Shown one piece after another: positions 61,324 through 64,000 of a DNA stretch of 64,000 nucleotides (positions are counted from its first letter, which is position 1; the number at the start of each line of letters is the position of its first letter). The translations under genes were made by a program, and so were the position numbers. Under the pieces are notes generated by a model that saw only the letters and a list, made by a program, of their open reading frames with translations, was not told the origin of the DNA and searched no databases. Source of the DNA: Octopus sinensis (Eukaryota); assembly GCF_006345805.1 (NCBI RefSeq), contig NC_042997.1:177940001-178004000 (forward strand). The letters are read 5' to 3'.

Positions 61324-63191
61324 GAGTGGACCTTTGTGTTGCCAAGCGATGTTGGGGGGGACAAACACAGACACACAAACATACACACACACACAGACAC
61401 ACACATATACACATATATACGACTGGCTTCTTTCAGTTTCCGTCTACTAAATCCACCCACAAGGCTTTGGTCGGCCCAAGGCTATAGTAGAAGACACTTG
61501 CCCAAGGTACCATGCAGTGGGACTGAACTCGAAACCATGTGGTTTGTAAACAAGCTACTTACCACACAGCCACTCCTACGCCTTTATCCATCCATCTTTT
61601 CTATCTCCTATTCCTTGGAGAGTCATTGAGCCAGGATCCTCAGGCACCTCTTCCAAAGGGTCCTATCAGAAGCAATTGCCATTACACTTTCCTGCTGGAT
61701 TCCTGAATGTGACTAACTGTGACCCCCCCCCCCCACTTCTCAAGTTGTACAGACTCATAAGGGCCGGTTTTCTGGTTTGAAGACATATAAACTCCCCACT
61801 TGGAGGGACGCCAGTCTGTCACAAGATTAATCATTTTTGGCAGCTGAGCGAACTGGAGCATCATGAAATAAAGTGTTTTGCTCAAGAACACAATGTGTCG
61901 CCCGGTCCAGGAACTGAAACCACAATCTTATGACTATGAGTCTAACACTCTAACCACTAAGCTACATACATCCACCAACTGAGACTCTCACTTTTACTCT
62001 TTTACTTGTTTCAGTCATTTGAATGTGGCCATGCTGGAGCACCGCCTTTAGTGGAGCAAATCGACCCCCAGGACTTATTCTTTGTAAGCCTAGTACTTAT
62101 TCTATCAGTCTCTTTTGCCGAACCACTAAGTTACGGGTATATAAACACACCAGCATCAGTTGTCAAGCGATGTTGGGGGGAACAAAGACAGACACACAAA
62201 TATACACATATATATATATATATATATACATATATACGATGGGCTTCTTTCAGTTTCCATTTACTAAATCCACTCATAAGGTTTTGGTCGGCCCGAGGCT
62301 ATAGTAGAAAACACTTGCCCAAGGTGCCACGCAGTGGGACTGAACCTGGAACCATGTGGTTGGTAAGCAAGCTACTTACTACACAGCCACTCCTATGCCT
62401 TGGATATTATCCAACCATCTTAATCTTGGTCTAACTATGGTTTCCTGCTTGAAGAAACCCTGACCCTAACCCTCTTGTGCTCCTTTCCTTTGACACTCTA
62501 ATCACAAGTCCATCACACCAGAGTTGTAACCTCTTGATGTGGAACAGTAGCACCTCAACCTGGAGAAACTCCCTGACCCCTAAGCTATGCACCCTGTTGT
62601 GTAATGTTATTCAAGAGATTTTCTAGTGAGGAGCCCCATTTTAGCAGCTTATATTTATTCATTTATTTGCTTGCTTGCTTCATTTAACATTTTAAAAATA
62701 ATATTGTTGTGGGATATGGGGTTTCGATGGGCCTGTCGTTGATTTCTTGTATTTCTGAAGGGGAAAGTGACATGGGAGCACTTACTCTTTCCTCTCTCTT
62801 TTACTTGTTTCAGTCATTTGTCTGCGGCCATGCTGGAGCACCGCCTTTAGTCGAGCAAATTGACCCCGGGACTTATTCTTTGTAAGCCCAGTACTTATTC
62901 TATCGGTCGCTTTTGCCAAACCACTAAGTGACAGGGACGTAAACACACCAGCATCGGTTGTCAAGCAATGCTAGGGGGGACAAACAGACACAAACATACA
63001 CACAAATACATATAAATATACATATATACGACGGGCTTCTTTCAGTTTCCATCTACCAAATCCACTCACAAGGCATTGGTTGGCCCGGGGCTATAGCAGA
63101 AGACACTTGTCCAAGATGCCACGCAGTGGGACTGAACCTGGGACCATGTGGTTGGTAAGCAAGCTACTTGCCACACAGCCACTCCTGCGCC
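60845..63191 (-). mobile_element. Cluster of four SINE family A copies (about 60845-61278, 61330-61582, 61993-62399, 62790-63191) plus a family-E copy at about 61700-61975
   Basis: Repeated reverse-complement matches. Confidence 0.85.
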
Positions 63192-63224
63192 TATTCAATA
63201 AACTTCATTAAAAAAATTCAGATT

Positions 63225-64000
63225 AATTTGCAAATGTTTAATGATGAAAGATATAAAGATACATACTCAGATGCACACATGCATACATTCAATCATGCAT
63301 ATACACATACATACATGCATGCATGCACACATTCATACATACATAAATGCACACATACATACATGCATACATGCACACATACATGCATACATACATAGAT
63401 ATGCACACATATATATACATACAAATGTTTAATGATGAAAGATAAAAATACATACACAGATGCACACATGCATACATTCAAACATGCATACACACATACA
63501 TGTACACATACATAGGCATGCACACATATATACATACATAAATGCACACATACATACATGCATACATGCACACATACATACATGCATACATACATGTACA
63601 CATACATACATGTACACATACATACATGCATGAACATGTACATACATACATACATGCATACAGATGCTTATACACATGCGCATGTGTATACGGGTTGATG
63701 TAAGTGACTATCCCCCTCCCCCAAATTTCAGGCATTGTGCCTATAATAGAAAGGATTATTATTATTATTATAAAGGCAGTGATCTGGCAGAGCTGTTAGC
63801 ATGCCAGGCGAACAGTATTTCATCTGTCTTCACATTCTGAGTTCAAATTCCACCAAGGTCAACTTTGCCTTTCATCCTCTTGGGGTTGATAAATTAAATA
63901 CCAGTTGAGAACTGAGGATTGACGTAACCAACATTCATGCATACATTCAATCATGCATATACACATACATACATGCATGCATGCACACATTTATACATAC
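63225..64000. repeat. Compound (ACAT/GCAT) microsatellite with ~190-bp internal duplication, interrupted by a family-B SINE at about 63690-63920
   Basis: caaatgtttaatgatgaaagata recurs at about 63231 and 63422. Confidence 0.85.

Noticed and set aside
1-64000. CRISPR array or prokaryotic operon
   Set aside because: No regularly spaced repeat-spacer structure and no compact prokaryotic gene organisation; the sequence is eukaryotic intron-rich DNA.

Overview
AT-rich, repeat-dense eukaryotic DNA. The SINE/RTE/CR1/Penelope repertoire and very long (TA)n/(CA)n/(GA)n tracts look like a coleoid cephalopod (Octopus-like) genome; this is an inference. One minus-strand protein-coding gene spans most of the window. 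I find 6-8 small exons between about 60.0 kb and 13.06 kb, encoding a coiled-coil-rich protein whose identity I cannot establish. Its large introns are filled with mobile DNA: at least five tRNA-headed or RTE-tailed SINE families, six copies of one young CR1-like LINE, several decayed RTE LINEs, Tc1/mariner remnants and MITEs, a head-to-head pair of non-autonomous Helitrons, a solo LTR with a 4-bp TSD, and Penelope-like fragments embedded in (TA)n. Almost all entries in the ORF track are artefacts of microsatellites or antisense readings of repeats. The most interesting observations are: (1) a ~200-nt non-tRNA, self-complementary retroposon present in four copies that share a 5' end and have TSDs; (2) two minimal hammerhead-ribozyme folds that both carry the compensatory U3-A8 core variant; (3) a solo LTR carrying a symmetric NRF1/ETS-type promoter cassette; (4) a perfect-consensus alternative splice donor that would insert a stop codon; (5) inverted young LINE pairs bracketing exons. 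All coordinates were read by eye, and repeat boundaries are approximate unless a TSD or TIR is quoted.
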